Origin: Candidatus Methylomirabilota bacterium
GTDB lineage: Bacteria > Methylomirabilota > Methylomirabilia > Rokubacteriales > CSP1-6
Direction of reading: 5' to 3'
DNA: 40,273 nucleotides
NCBI GenBank assembly: GCA_035275385.1
Contig: DATEMW010000076.1
Coordinates: 1-40,273, forward strand
The notes under the pieces are model-generated. The model saw only the letters and a program-made list of their open reading frames with translations, was not told the DNA's origin and did no database searches. Below, piece by piece: positions 9,285 through 18,626 of this stretch. Position 1 is the stretch's first letter; every line of letters begins with the position of its first letter. Made by a program: the position numbers and the translations under genes.

Positions 9285-10617
9285 TTTTCACCCGCTTGAT
9301 CGGCAGCCGGATCGTGAACGTCGCGCCGAGCGGGGCGCGGTTGTCCCAGGTGACGGTGCCCTCATGCTCCTCGGCGATCTGCCTGGTGATCGAAAGGCCG
9401 AGCCCGGTCCCCTGCGGCTTCGTCGTGAAGAACTGCTCGAAGAGCCGCGGCATGACCTCCGCGGGAATGCCGCCGCCGGTGTCGGAGACGGCGATCTCCA
9501 CGGCCTCGCCGTCGAAGCGGCTCCCGATCGTGAGCTCGCCGCCGCTCGACAGGGTCTCGAGCCCGTTCTTGACGAGGTTCAGCACCGCCTGGCGCAAAAG
9601 CCCGCGATCGATCTCCATCATCGGCACGTTGGGGTCGAGCTCGACCCGCAAGGTGAGCCCCTGGCGCGTCGCGACCGGCCGCACGAAATCCGCGAGCTCC
9701 TGCACGAGATGGTTGATCGACTCTTCGTCGAAGTGCGGCTTCGGGAATCGCGCGAACGCCAGATATTCCTCGGTCAGCGCGTCGAGCGTGGTGACCTGGT
9801 CGCGAATCGCCGCCACGAGGCCCGCCGCCTCCTTCATGTCGTCGCCGTCGCTGCGCTCGCGCACGATGTCCTCGAGCATCTCGGCGTTGAGCTCGATGGC
9901 GCTGATGGGATTGCGCACCTCGTGCGCGATCCGGAGCGAGAGGCGTCCCACCGTGGCCATCCGCTCGGCGACCACCAGCTCTTGCTGCGCGGTCTGCAGC
10001 CGGCTCAAGGTGCCCGTGAGCTCGACGTTCAGCCGCTCGACCTCGCCCCGGGCGCGCCGCTCGCGGTCCGCGACCAGCCCCAAGGTCACCGCGGGCAAGC
10101 CGGCCAGCGCCACGAGAATCAGGTGCGGCGTCCAGCCGACCCACGGGGGCACCAGCACCGTCGACCACGCGTAGAGCCCGCCCGCCACCACCGCCGCGCC
10201 GAGTCCGACCCAGGGCCCGAAGTAGTACGCGTTCACGGCGACCAGCGGAAAGAACAACAGATAGAAGACGCTGTCACCGGCGCCGGTGAGGCACAGCAGG
10301 ACGAACACCAGCGAGAGATCGATCGCGAGAGCCCCGATGAAGTAGGCGCGCGTGGCGCGCGGGTTGACCGTGACCAGCGCGAAGATGCCCACCTTGTAGG
10401 CCGCGAAACAAAAGACCAGCCAGTAGAGATCGATGTCGCGATAGCGGGGCCGCAGCGGGAAGAACCCGAGCGCGACGAGTCCGCCGACCATCACGACGGC
10501 CAGCAGCACCGCGAAAACGCGCTCGTCTCGCTCCAGCAGCCGAAAGCTGGCGTGCCACGGCTTGCGCTCGGCGGTGATGGCCATCTCCACGCCGACTATA
10601 GCATTGCGGCCAATCAC
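9277..10617 (-). CDS. Membrane-embedded sensor histidine kinase
   Basis: The N-terminus has about six hydrophobic helices and no obvious periplasmic domain. The H-box is RIAHEVRNPISAI. The HATPase N/G boxes are LVKNGLE, DTGGGI and GTGLGLSI. It overlaps the downstream regulator gene by 8 nt and dedA by 4 nt. Confidence 0.88.
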
Positions 10618-11249
10618 GGCCTCTCGCCGCGGCGGCGGATCGCGATCGTGACCCAGATCGCGACGATGACGAGCACGCCGAGCGTAATCCAGCGCTCGAT
10701 CCGGTGCACGTCGGCGAAGACCTGCTCGACCTGATCGGCGAAGAGGTACGCGAGGAAGAAGCCGAACGGCACGCTCACGAGCGCGGCGCCGGCATCGACG
10801 GCCAGGAATTTCCAGAAGGGCACCCGGGCGATCCCCGCAGTGAGAAAGGCCGCGGCCCGAAGGCCCATCACGTGGCGGGCCGTGAAGACGATCTTCACCC
10901 CGTTGTTGCGATAGGCGGCCTTGAGCCGCTCTTCGCGGGCCGGGCTCAGCACCCAGCGGACCGGCCGCCAGCCGAGAACCCGTTCACCCCAATGGTGCCC
11001 CACCCAATAGAGGGCGATGTCGCCCGAAAGCACGCCCACGAAGCAGACGGGCAGCGCGATCCACCACCGAAGGACGAGCTGGTGCGACAGGACCCCACCC
11101 GTAATAATCGGCAGCTCCTCGGGGATCGGAACGCCAAGCCCGGCGAGGAAGAGAATGAGAAGCAGCCCGACGTAACCGAGCTGCTCTATGAGTGAGGCGA
11201 CCAGATCGCACCTCGAGCCAGATTTCGGTTTCCGGAAGTTGCTGACCAC
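10614..11249 (-). CDS. DedA/SNARE-associated family membrane protein
   Basis: The lead-in GYVGLLLILFLAGLGVPIPEELPIITGGVL is typical of DedA. Multiple TM helices follow. Confidence 0.85.
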   Translation of the reverse strand: MVSNFRKPKSGSRCDLVASLIEQLGYVGLLLILFLAGLGVPIPEELPIITGGVLSHQLVLRWWIALPVCFVGVLSGDIALYWVGHHWGERVLGWRPVRWVLSPAREERLKAAYRNNGVKIVFTARHVMGLRAAAFLTAGIARVPFWKFLAVDAGAALVSVPFGFFLAYLFADQVEQVFADVHRIERWITLGVLVIVAIWVTIAIRRRGERP

Positions 11250-11293
11250 AGTGTATACTTCGATAGTCCTGTGCGGTCAGAAGGAGCCCTTCC

Positions 11294-11650
11294 ATGGCGG
11301 TCAAACTCTTCGTAGGCGGTTTATCCTTTTCCACCTCCAACGAGCGCCTGCGCGAAGCATTCGCGGCGGTCGGCAGCGTCGAATCCGCGAGTGTCGTGAC
11401 CGACCGGGACACCGGCCGTTCGCGGGGCTTCGGGTTCGTCGAGATGGCGACCCCCGAGGAAGCTGAGCAGGCCATTAGCCGCCTCAACGGCACGAACCTC
11501 GACGGCCGAACCATTCAGGTCGAGAAGGCGAAGGCCCCAGGGTCAGGCGGGGGAGGCGATCGGCGCGGCGGCGGGGGCGGCGGCCGCGGTGGGTTCGGCG
11601 GCGGTGGTGGCGGCGGCCGGGGCGGCGGTGCCCGCGGCGGCCGCTGGTAG
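11294..11650 (+). CDS. RRM (RNP-1/RNP-2) RNA-binding protein with Gly/Arg-rich tail
   Basis: RNP-2 is LFVGGL and RNP-1 is RGFGFVEM. The C-terminus is GGGGDRRGGGGGGRGGFGGGGGGGRGGGARGGRW. AAGGAG lies 7 nt upstream of the ATG. Confidence 0.9.
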   Translation: MAVKLFVGGLSFSTSNERLREAFAAVGSVESASVVTDRDTGRSRGFGFVEMATPEEAEQAISRLNGTNLDGRTIQVEKAKAPGSGGGGDRRGGGGGGRGGFGGGGGGGRGGGARGGRW

Positions 11651-11709
11651 CACCGCTCTCATCCACTAGCGTTTTATCGCTCGAATGTGCAGGGCGGTAG
11701 TCTGCCCGT

Positions 11710-12792
11710 ATGACGACCGTCCTGCACACCGAGTCCTCGGTCGGCCACGGCGGCCAGGAAATTCGTACGGTCGCCGAGGCGCGCTGGCTCCTCGCCCACG
11801 GCTGGGGAGCCCTGATCGCCTGCCAACCGGATAGCCCCCTTCTGGCCGAGGCCAGGGCCTCGGCGATCCCTGTCGAGGCGATCCCCATGCGGGGCGCGAC
11901 GGACCTGGGCGCGCTCCTCCGGCTTCGACGGCTCATCCGCGAGCGCGCCGTCAGCGTGGTCCACACCCATAGCTCGGTCGACAGCTGGCTCGGCGGCGTG
12001 GCCGCCAAATCGCTCGGCCGGCCGGTCGTCCGCACCCGCCACGTCTCGATCGCGATCGGCCGCCGGCGCGCCCTGGTCTATCGGCTCGCGGATCGGATCA
12101 TCACCAGCGGTGAGAGCGTACGCTCGATCGTGATCGCCGCCGGGATCGCGCCGGAGCGCGTCGTGTCGATCTCGGCCGGCGTCGACGGCGATCGGTTCCA
12201 TCCGGGCGTATCCGGCGTAGCCGTCCGCGGCGAGCTGGGGCTGGGCAAGGCGCCCGTGGTCGGGCTCGTGGCCAACGTGCGGGGCTCGAAGGGCCATAAC
12301 GTGTTCCTCGAAGCGGCGCGCGATGTGCTGGCGCGCGAGCCCCGCGCGCGCTTTCTCATCGTCGGCGACGGCGTGGGCTTCGACGAGGTCTCGCGCCGCG
12401 TGCGCGACATGGGGCTCGACGCCTCAGTACGCCTGACCGGATTTCGCCGGGACATTCCCGAGGTGATGGCCGCGCTCGACGTGCTGGTGCTGCCGTCGAT
12501 CAGGTCGGAGGCGATCCCGCAGGTGATTCCGCAGGCCCTGGCCGTCGGCACTCCGGTGGTCGCCTCGACGGTGGGCGGCAGCCCCGAGCTGATCCGCGAC
12601 GGCGAGAACGGGCGGCTGGTGCCCCCGGGCGACGCGAGCGCGCTCGCGGGCGCGATCCTGGCGCTGCTCGCCGATCCCGACCGCGCGCGCGCGATGGCGC
12701 TCGCGGGCCAGGCGCTGATACGCGAGCGCTACTCGATCGACGCCACGATGGCGCGGACCACGGCGGTCTACCGCGAGCTGCTCGAGCGCTAG
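11710..12792 (+). CDS. Glycosyltransferase family 4 (GT-B fold)
   Basis: A C-terminal E-x7-E-like block is present: LVLPSIRSEAIPQVIPQALAVGTPVVASTVGGSPELIRDGENGRLV. Confidence 0.88.
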   Translation: MTTVLHTESSVGHGGQEIRTVAEARWLLAHGWGALIACQPDSPLLAEARASAIPVEAIPMRGATDLGALLRLRRLIRERAVSVVHTHSSVDSWLGGVAAKSLGRPVVRTRHVSIAIGRRRALVYRLADRIITSGESVRSIVIAAGIAPERVVSISAGVDGDRFHPGVSGVAVRGELGLGKAPVVGLVANVRGSKGHNVFLEAARDVLAREPRARFLIVGDGVGFDEVSRRVRDMGLDASVRLTGFRRDIPEVMAALDVLVLPSIRSEAIPQVIPQALAVGTPVVASTVGGSPELIRDGENGRLVPPGDASALAGAILALLADPDRARAMALAGQALIRERYSIDATMARTTAVYRELLER

Positions 12793-12804
12793 TTCTACGG
12801 TGTT

Positions 12805-12832
12805 TCTATATATAGTAATATTATGATATAGA
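12805..12832 (+). promoter_or_regulatory. AT-rich promoter/operator with inverted repeat upstream of the ArsR-family gene
   Basis: TCTATAT (12805-12811) pairs with ATATAGA (12826-12832) across a 14-nt spacer that contains the palindrome TAATATTA. A possible promoter is TTCTAC (12793-12798), a 17-nt spacer, then TAATAT (12816-12821). Confidence 0.5.
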
Positions 12833-12838
12833 GATTAT

Positions 12839-13198
12839 GTGAGCCCGACGCTCTCGATCGACCTCCAGTCGTTCAAGGCGGAGTTCTTCAAGGCGCTGGC
12901 CCACCCCGTCCGCATCCGGATCCTCGAGGTCCTACGGGCCGGCGAGCATAGCGTGCAGGAGCTGCAGGCCCGGCTCGACCTCGATCAGTCGACGGTCTCC
13001 CAGCAGCTGGCGGTACTTCGTACCAAGAACATCGTGACCGCCCGCAAGGAAGGCACGACCGTCCGGTACGAGATCCGCGATCCACTGGTCGGCGACCTTC
13101 TCGACGTGGCCCGTCGCATCTTCAACAATCAGCTGGCCGGCTCCCAGACGATGCTGCGAGCGCTCCGTCAGGAAACGCGCCGGCCGGCGAAGCGCTGA
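12839..13198 (+). CDS. ArsR/SmtB-family transcriptional regulator (GTG start)
   Basis: FKALAHPVRIRILEVLRAGEHSVQELQARLDLDQSTVSQQLAVLR is the canonical ArsR winged HTH. It is the first gene of the operon below. Confidence 0.9.
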   Translation: MSPTLSIDLQSFKAEFFKALAHPVRIRILEVLRAGEHSVQELQARLDLDQSTVSQQLAVLRTKNIVTARKEGTTVRYEIRDPLVGDLLDVARRIFNNQLAGSQTMLRALRQETRRPAKR

Positions 13199-13200
13199 CC

Positions 13201-13710
13201 GTGCTGCGCCAGCTCCGCACCGCGTTCCGTACGGGCATCGTCACCGAACCGGTGCGGGCCTCCGCCGAGCTCGAGCGGGTCGGCGAGCGGCTCGCGACCG
13301 AAATCTCGCGGCTCTTCAGCCGCGCGCTCGCGATCCGTCAGGTCGATGCCGGCTCGTGCAACGGCTGCGAGCTCGAGATCGGTGGCCTCACAGGCCCGCA
13401 CTACGACCTCGAGCGATTCGGCGTGCACTTCGTGGCCTCGCCGCGCCACGCCGATTGCCTGCTGGTGACCGGTCCGGTGACCCGCAACATGGCCGAAGCG
13501 CTACGGCGCACGTGGTTGGCGACGCCGGATCCGAAGTTCGTCGTGGCGGTCGGCGACTGCGGGCGCGACGGGGGAATCTTCCGCAGCTCCTACGCGGTCG
13601 TGGGCGGCGTCGGCGAAGTGGTCCCGGTCGACGCGGTCATCCCCGGATGCCCGCCCTCGCCCGCAGCGCTCCTGGCCGGCCTTCTCGAGGCGATAGGCCG
13701 CCGTCGATGA
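13201..13710 (+). CDS. NuoB/HycG-type small subunit (4Fe-4S) of a group-4-hydrogenase/complex-I-like module
   Basis: Four cluster cysteines are retained: GSCNGCELE (two), GDCGRDGG and IPGCPPSP. The start is GTG, 2 nt after the ArsR stop. Confidence 0.9.
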   Translation: MLRQLRTAFRTGIVTEPVRASAELERVGERLATEISRLFSRALAIRQVDAGSCNGCELEIGGLTGPHYDLERFGVHFVASPRHADCLLVTGPVTRNMAEALRRTWLATPDPKFVVAVGDCGRDGGIFRSSYAVVGGVGEVVPVDAVIPGCPPSPAALLAGLLEAIGRRR

Positions 13711-15617
13711 CCCGACTGGTCTACGGGCTCGTCACGCTCATGGGCGTGGTGGTCGGCGTCGCGGGCGCGTACGGCGCCGCGGGCGGCGCCGGCACCTTGC
13801 GAATAGGCTGGCTCGTGCCGCTCGGCGGTCTTGAGCTGACGCTCGATCCCCTCGCCGGGTTCTTCCTCGCGCTGATCGGCTTCGCGGCCGTGCCGGCGTC
13901 GATCTACGCCATCGGCTCCTCGGACGGCGACGGGCGGGGCCGCTTCGCATACGCCGCGTTCGTGGCGTCGATGTGCGTCGTCCCGCTCGCCGGGAACGTG
14001 ATGACCTTCGTGCTCGCCTGGGAGCTCATGTCGCTGGCGTCATACTTCCTGGTGCTCCGCGACCCCGACTCGCGAGAATCGGTACGCGCCGGCTGGATCT
14101 ACCTCGTCATGACCCACGCCGGGCTCGCCTGTCTGCTCGGAGGCATGCTGCTGCTCGGTGCCGACATCGGCAGCCTCAGGTTCGCAGATTGGCGGGCGGC
14201 GGCGCCGACGCTGACCCCCACGACCCGGAACGTGGCCTTCGTGCTGATGGCCCTCGGCTTCGCCGGCAAGGCCGGCGTGATACCGCTGCACATCTGGCTG
14301 CCGCTCGCGCATCCGGCGGCGCCGAGCCACGTCTCGGCGCTGATGTCCGGCGTCATGATCAAGCTGGGCGTCTACGGGCTCATGCGCGTGAGCCTCGACT
14401 GGCTTGGATCGGGTGCGCCGTGGTGGGGCGTCGCCCTCCTGATCGCCGGCGCTGCGTCCTCGGTGATCGGCGTGCTCTACGCGCTGGTCGAGCACGACCT
14501 CAAGCGCCTGCTCGCGTTCCACAGCATCGAGAACATAGGGATCATCCTGCTCGGCCTCGGCAGCGCTGTGTCGTATCGAGTCGCCGGCCTCGAGGCGCTC
14601 GCGCTCCTCGGGTTGATCGCGGCGCTCTATCACACGGTCAACCATGCCGCATTCAAGGCGCTACTGTTCCTGGGCGCGGGCGCCGTCGTCCACGCGACCG
14701 GCACGCGAAACATGGAGGCGATGGGCGGGCTCATCAAGCGGATGCCGTGGACCGCCGCCTGCTTCCTGATCGGCTCCGCGGCGATCGCGGCCTTGCCGCC
14801 TCTCAACGGCTTCGTGAGTGAATGGCTGACGTTCCTGGCCATGTTTCAGAACGCGAGCCTCGGCGCGGTCGGGCAGAGCCTGGTCTTCACGCTCGGCATC
14901 GCGAGCCTCGCGCTGACCGGTGGTCTCGCGATGGCGTGCTTCGTGAAAGCCTTTGGTATCACGTTCCTCGCTCTTCCCCGGAGCGACGCCGCTGCCCACG
15001 CCGACGAGGCGAGCCCGACCGTGCGCGTGGCGATGCTCGCGCTGGCCGCCGCCTGCATCGGCCTCGGCGTGGCTTCGACGCTGGTCGTTCCGGCGTTCGA
15101 GCACGTGGCGGCGTCGGTCCTGCGAACCGCGCCCCGAGCGACAGCGGGCCACTGGCTCACCCTGCGCGTGTCGGGCGATTTTGCCAGCCTGTCGACCGCG
15201 GCGATCGCCGTCGCCCTGGCCGCGGCGCTCCTCGGCTCGCTCGCGATACTGCGGCTCGTGGGCGCCTCGCACCGCACACGCAGCGACGAGACGTGGGGCT
15301 GCGGCCGGATATTACAGACCGCGCGAATGGAATACACGGCGACCGCATTCGCCAATCCCTTCAAGCGGGTCTTCGATTTCTTCTACCGGCCCACGACGCG
15401 CCTGGACATCGAGTCCCATCCCGAGTCGCGGTTCTTCGTCCAGCGCATCGAATACGAGAGCCCGACGCGCTCCATCTTCGAAGATTGGCTCTATCGGCCC
15501 TCGCTCGACCTTCTCGTCAGGGGCGCGCGCGTCGTCGGCACGCTGCAGTCGGGCAGCACGAATCAGTATCTGGCATACATCCTGGCCGCGCTCCTGCTCC
15601 TGTTGGTCCTCGCGTGA
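13707..15617 (+). CDS. HyfB/HycC/NuoL-like antiporter-type membrane subunit (636 aa)
   Basis: A proton-antiporter (NuoL/M/N, Mrp) fold is indicated by WELMSLASYFLV, GKAGVIPLHIWLPLAHPAAPSHVSALMSGVMIKLGVYG and AFHSIENIG. An ATGA overlap with the upstream stop sets the start at 13707, rather than the upstream extension to 13356. Confidence 0.88.
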   Translation: MTRLVYGLVTLMGVVVGVAGAYGAAGGAGTLRIGWLVPLGGLELTLDPLAGFFLALIGFAAVPASIYAIGSSDGDGRGRFAYAAFVASMCVVPLAGNVMTFVLAWELMSLASYFLVLRDPDSRESVRAGWIYLVMTHAGLACLLGGMLLLGADIGSLRFADWRAAAPTLTPTTRNVAFVLMALGFAGKAGVIPLHIWLPLAHPAAPSHVSALMSGVMIKLGVYGLMRVSLDWLGSGAPWWGVALLIAGAASSVIGVLYALVEHDLKRLLAFHSIENIGIILLGLGSAVSYRVAGLEALALLGLIAALYHTVNHAAFKALLFLGAGAVVHATGTRNMEAMGGLIKRMPWTAACFLIGSAAIAALPPLNGFVSEWLTFLAMFQNASLGAVGQSLVFTLGIASLALTGGLAMACFVKAFGITFLALPRSDAAAHADEASPTVRVAMLALAAACIGLGVASTLVVPAFEHVAASVLRTAPRATAGHWLTLRVSGDFASLSTAAIAVALAAALLGSLAILRLVGASHRTRSDETWGCGRILQTARMEYTATAFANPFKRVFDFFYRPTTRLDIESHPESRFFVQRIEYESPTRSIFEDWLYRPSLDLLVRGARVVGTLQSGSTNQYLAYILAALLLLLVLA

Positions 15618-16558
15618 TGGCCGACGTCGCCGCCGCGCTCCTGCAACTCCTGATCGTCGCCGCCGGCGCCCCGTTGATCGTCGGCGCGCTCCGCACCCTG
15701 AAGGCACGGCTGGTCGGCCGTCGTGGCCCGAGCCCATGGCAGCCCTACGCCGAGCTGCGCAAGCTGATCTCCAAGGAAGCGGTCGTCTCCACGACGACCT
15801 CATGGGTGTTTCGTGCCACTCCGTACGTCCTGGTCGCGACCTTGCTGGTTGCGGCGATGATCGTCCCGATCGCAGTCGCACGGCCGCCGCTGGCGTTCGC
15901 CGGCAACATCATCTTGCTCGTCTACCTCTTCATGCTCGGCACGTTCTTCCTGGCGCTGGCGGGCCTGGACGCGGGCAGCGCCTTCGGCGGCATGGGCTCG
16001 AGCCGCGAGGTAGCCGTCGCCGCGCTCGCCGAGCCGACGATCATCGTTGCGGTGTTTGCACTCGCACTGCGTGCCGGCACGATCGATCTCGGCCGCATCG
16101 CGGAGCGGTTCGGCGCTGAGCCCTGGCTGGCGGCCAATCCCGCGCACCTGCTGGCATTCGCCGCCTTCTTCATCGTCATGCTGGCCGAGACGGGGCGGCT
16201 TCCCGTCGACAACCCGGCGACTCACCTGGAGCTGACGATGATCCACGAGGCGATGGTGCTCGAGTACTCGGGTCGATACCTGGCGCTGATCGAATGGGCA
16301 GCGGCGATGAAGCTTTTCCTATTCATGGCGCTCCTGGCGAACCTCTTCTTTCCCTGGGGTTTGAGCGCTCCGACCGGCCTCGTTCCGATCGCCGTGAGCC
16401 TTCTCAGCTTGACCCTGAAGCTCGGAGTGCTGACGGTGGCCGTTGCGGTGCTCGAGGTCGCGGTGGCGAAGCTCAGACTATTCCGCGTTCCCGAGCTGCT
16501 CGCCGGCTCGTTCGCGCTGGCCCTGTTGTCGCTTATGGCGGTATTCGTCGTCCGATGA
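15617..16558 (+). CDS. HycD/HyfC/NuoH-like membrane subunit
   Basis: VGRRGPSPWQPYAELRKLISKE is a NuoH/HycD hallmark. AETGRLPVDNPATHLELTMIHEAMVLEYSG is conserved. The start overlaps the upstream stop (TGATG). Confidence 0.88.
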   Translation: MADVAAALLQLLIVAAGAPLIVGALRTLKARLVGRRGPSPWQPYAELRKLISKEAVVSTTTSWVFRATPYVLVATLLVAAMIVPIAVARPPLAFAGNIILLVYLFMLGTFFLALAGLDAGSAFGGMGSSREVAVAALAEPTIIVAVFALALRAGTIDLGRIAERFGAEPWLAANPAHLLAFAAFFIVMLAETGRLPVDNPATHLELTMIHEAMVLEYSGRYLALIEWAAAMKLFLFMALLANLFFPWGLSAPTGLVPIAVSLLSLTLKLGVLTVAVAVLEVAVAKLRLFRVPELLAGSFALALLSLMAVFVVR

Positions 16559-17196
16559 CGACCGCATCGAACCTCCTGACATTCCTCTGCCTGGCGATCA
16601 CCTTGCTCATCGTGTGGCGACGGAGCTGGCCGGCGCGTTTGAGGCTCTTCGCCGCCCAATCGCTGCTGCTCGCAATCCTGGCGGGCACGATCGGCGTTCT
16701 CGCGCAGCGACGCGGGCTGTTCCTGGTAGCCGCGGTCGTCGTGGTCGTCAAGGTCTGGGCGATCCCCCGCGTGCTCGCACGCATCGGCTCCGGCGCACCG
16801 GTCCGACCGATCGCACCCGGTCGATCCTCGGGAATCGCGCTCCTGGTCGCCGGAGCTCTCGTCGTCGCGGCATACGTCGTCATGCTTCCGGTCACCGCGG
16901 CAGCGGAGCTGCCGACCGGCGGCGCCATCCCGCTCGCGTTCGCGATGGCCCTGATCGGCCTCGCCCTGTGCGTCACGGGCCGCGACGCGCTGAGCCACAT
17001 CCTGGGCTTCCTCGTCTTCGAGAACGGGATCTTCGGCCTCGCGATCCTGGCCACCTATGGGCTGCCGGGTATCGTCGAGGCCGGCGTCTTCCTCGACGTG
17101 CTGGTCATCGTCCTCATCATGGAAGCCGTGGTCGTGCAGGTGCGCCGCGAGCACGCCTCGATCGATGTCGATCGCCTCCGAGAGCTCCGCGGATGA
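16555..17196 (+). CDS. HyfE/HycP-like (NuoK-related) membrane subunit
   Basis: It is a 213-aa polytopic protein in the position and of the size of hydrogenase-4 component E / Rv0085. The start overlaps the upstream stop (ATGA). Confidence 0.8.
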   Translation: MTTASNLLTFLCLAITLLIVWRRSWPARLRLFAAQSLLLAILAGTIGVLAQRRGLFLVAAVVVVVKVWAIPRVLARIGSGAPVRPIAPGRSSGIALLVAGALVVAAYVVMLPVTAAAELPTGGAIPLAFAMALIGLALCVTGRDALSHILGFLVFENGIFGLAILATYGLPGIVEAGVFLDVLVIVLIMEAVVVQVRREHASIDVDRLRELRG

Positions 17197-18626
17197 TGTT
17201 GCTGGCCGTCCTGGCAATTCCGCTGGTCGGCGCCGCTCTGCTCTGGCGAGCAACCAATCGCCTGGCGACGACGCTGCACGCGGTGACGGCGGCCTCGACG
17301 CTCGCGGCCGGGCTCGCGGTGGCCGTCATGGTCAACGCGGGCGAGACACTGGTGGCGTTCGACGGGCTGCTCCGTGCCGACGCGCTGTCGGCGTGGATGA
17401 TCGCCCTCATCGGCATCGTCGGCGGGCTCGCCGCCTCGGAGGCGCCACGCTACGTCGTGCCGGGCGAGCCGCGTCGCTTCTATCCGCTCTTCCACTTGTT
17501 CGTGTTCACGATGCTGCTCGCGGTCTCTACCGACGACGTCGGCCTCATGTGGGTCGCCGTCGAAGGCACGACGCTCGCGTCGGTCTTCCTGGTCAACTTC
17601 GAGCGCACGCGCGCCTCGCTCGAGGCGTCGTACAAGTACCTCTTGATCTGCTCGGTAGGTATCGCGATCGCATTCCTCGGCACCGTGCTCGTGTACTTCG
17701 CGGGCATCCAGCAGTTCGGCGACGAGACGCACGCGCTCCGGTACACGACCTTGCTGCGGCTGGCCCCCGGGCTCTCGCCGCGCGTCATCGAGCTCGCCTT
17801 CGTCTTCCTCGTCGTCGGCTACGGGACGAAGGCCGGACTGGCGCCGATGCACACGTGGCTGCCGGACGCTCACAGCGAGGCGCCGGCACCGGTGAGCGCG
17901 CTCATGTCGGGCGTCCTGCTGAGCGTCGGGGTGTACGCGATCGCGCGCTTCAAGCCCGCCGTCGACGCGGCAGCTGGGCCCACATTCGCGCGCGGGATCA
18001 TGCTGACGCTCGGCCTGCTGTCGATCGCGGTGGCGTCCGCGTTTCTGTGGACGTCGCCCAACTACAAGCGCGCGCTCGCGTACTCGAGCGTCGAGCACAT
18101 CGGGCTGGTGTGCCTCGGGCTCGGATTCGGCGGGCCGGTCGCTACCGCCGGCGCCCTCCTGCACGTTGCGAACCACGCACTCGCCAAGTCGGCCGGCTTT
18201 CTGATGTCGGGGCGCATCCGCGCCGCATACGGCTCGGCCGAGATCGGCTCGGTGCGCGGCGTCATGAAGCACATGCCTCGGACGGGAGCGGCGTTCCTGA
18301 CCTCGATCCTGGCACTCGTGGGCCTGCCTCCCTTCGGGCTCTTCGTCAGCGAGGTGATGATCTTTGCCGCGGGCTTCAAGCAAGGGTTCCCGCTCGTGGC
18401 GGGCATCGCGCTCCTGCTGCTCGTGATCGCCTTCGCGGGGCTGCTCCGCGGCGTTCACCACATCCTCTACGGGGCTCCCGCCGGCGAGCCCGTGGCCGAG
18501 GTGGCCGGCTGGCCCTCGGTGGTGCCGGTCGCCGCGGCGCTCGGCGTGCTGCTCCTCACCGGGCTGGCGTGGCCGCCGGGATTCGGCGAAGCCCTCGACC
18601 GCCTTGCCGCGATCGTGAGTCCCTGA
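17193..18626 (+). CDS. HyfF/HycQ/NuoN-like antiporter-type membrane subunit (477 aa)
   Basis: GLMWVAVEGTTLASVFLV, GYGTKAGLAPMHTWLPDAHSEAPAPVSALMSGVLL and AYSSVEHIG are present. The start overlaps the upstream stop (ATGA). Confidence 0.88.
   Translation: MMLLAVLAIPLVGAALLWRATNRLATTLHAVTAASTLAAGLAVAVMVNAGETLVAFDGLLRADALSAWMIALIGIVGGLAASEAPRYVVPGEPRRFYPLFHLFVFTMLLAVSTDDVGLMWVAVEGTTLASVFLVNFERTRASLEASYKYLLICSVGIAIAFLGTVLVYFAGIQQFGDETHALRYTTLLRLAPGLSPRVIELAFVFLVVGYGTKAGLAPMHTWLPDAHSEAPAPVSALMSGVLLSVGVYAIARFKPAVDAAAGPTFARGIMLTLGLLSIAVASAFLWTSPNYKRALAYSSVEHIGLVCLGLGFGGPVATAGALLHVANHALAKSAGFLMSGRIRAAYGSAEIGSVRGVMKHMPRTGAAFLTSILALVGLPPFGLFVSEVMIFAAGFKQGFPLVAGIALLLLVIAFAGLLRGVHHILYGAPAGEPVAEVAGWPSVVPVAAALGVLLLTGLAWPPGFGEALDRLAAIVSP

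Noticed and set aside
13356-13706. An upstream extension of the HyfB-like ORF that overlaps the NuoB-like gene.
   Set aside because: The extension is Arg/Pro-rich and out of frame with a well-supported gene. The ATGA stop/start overlap at 13707 gives a normal N-terminal TM helix.
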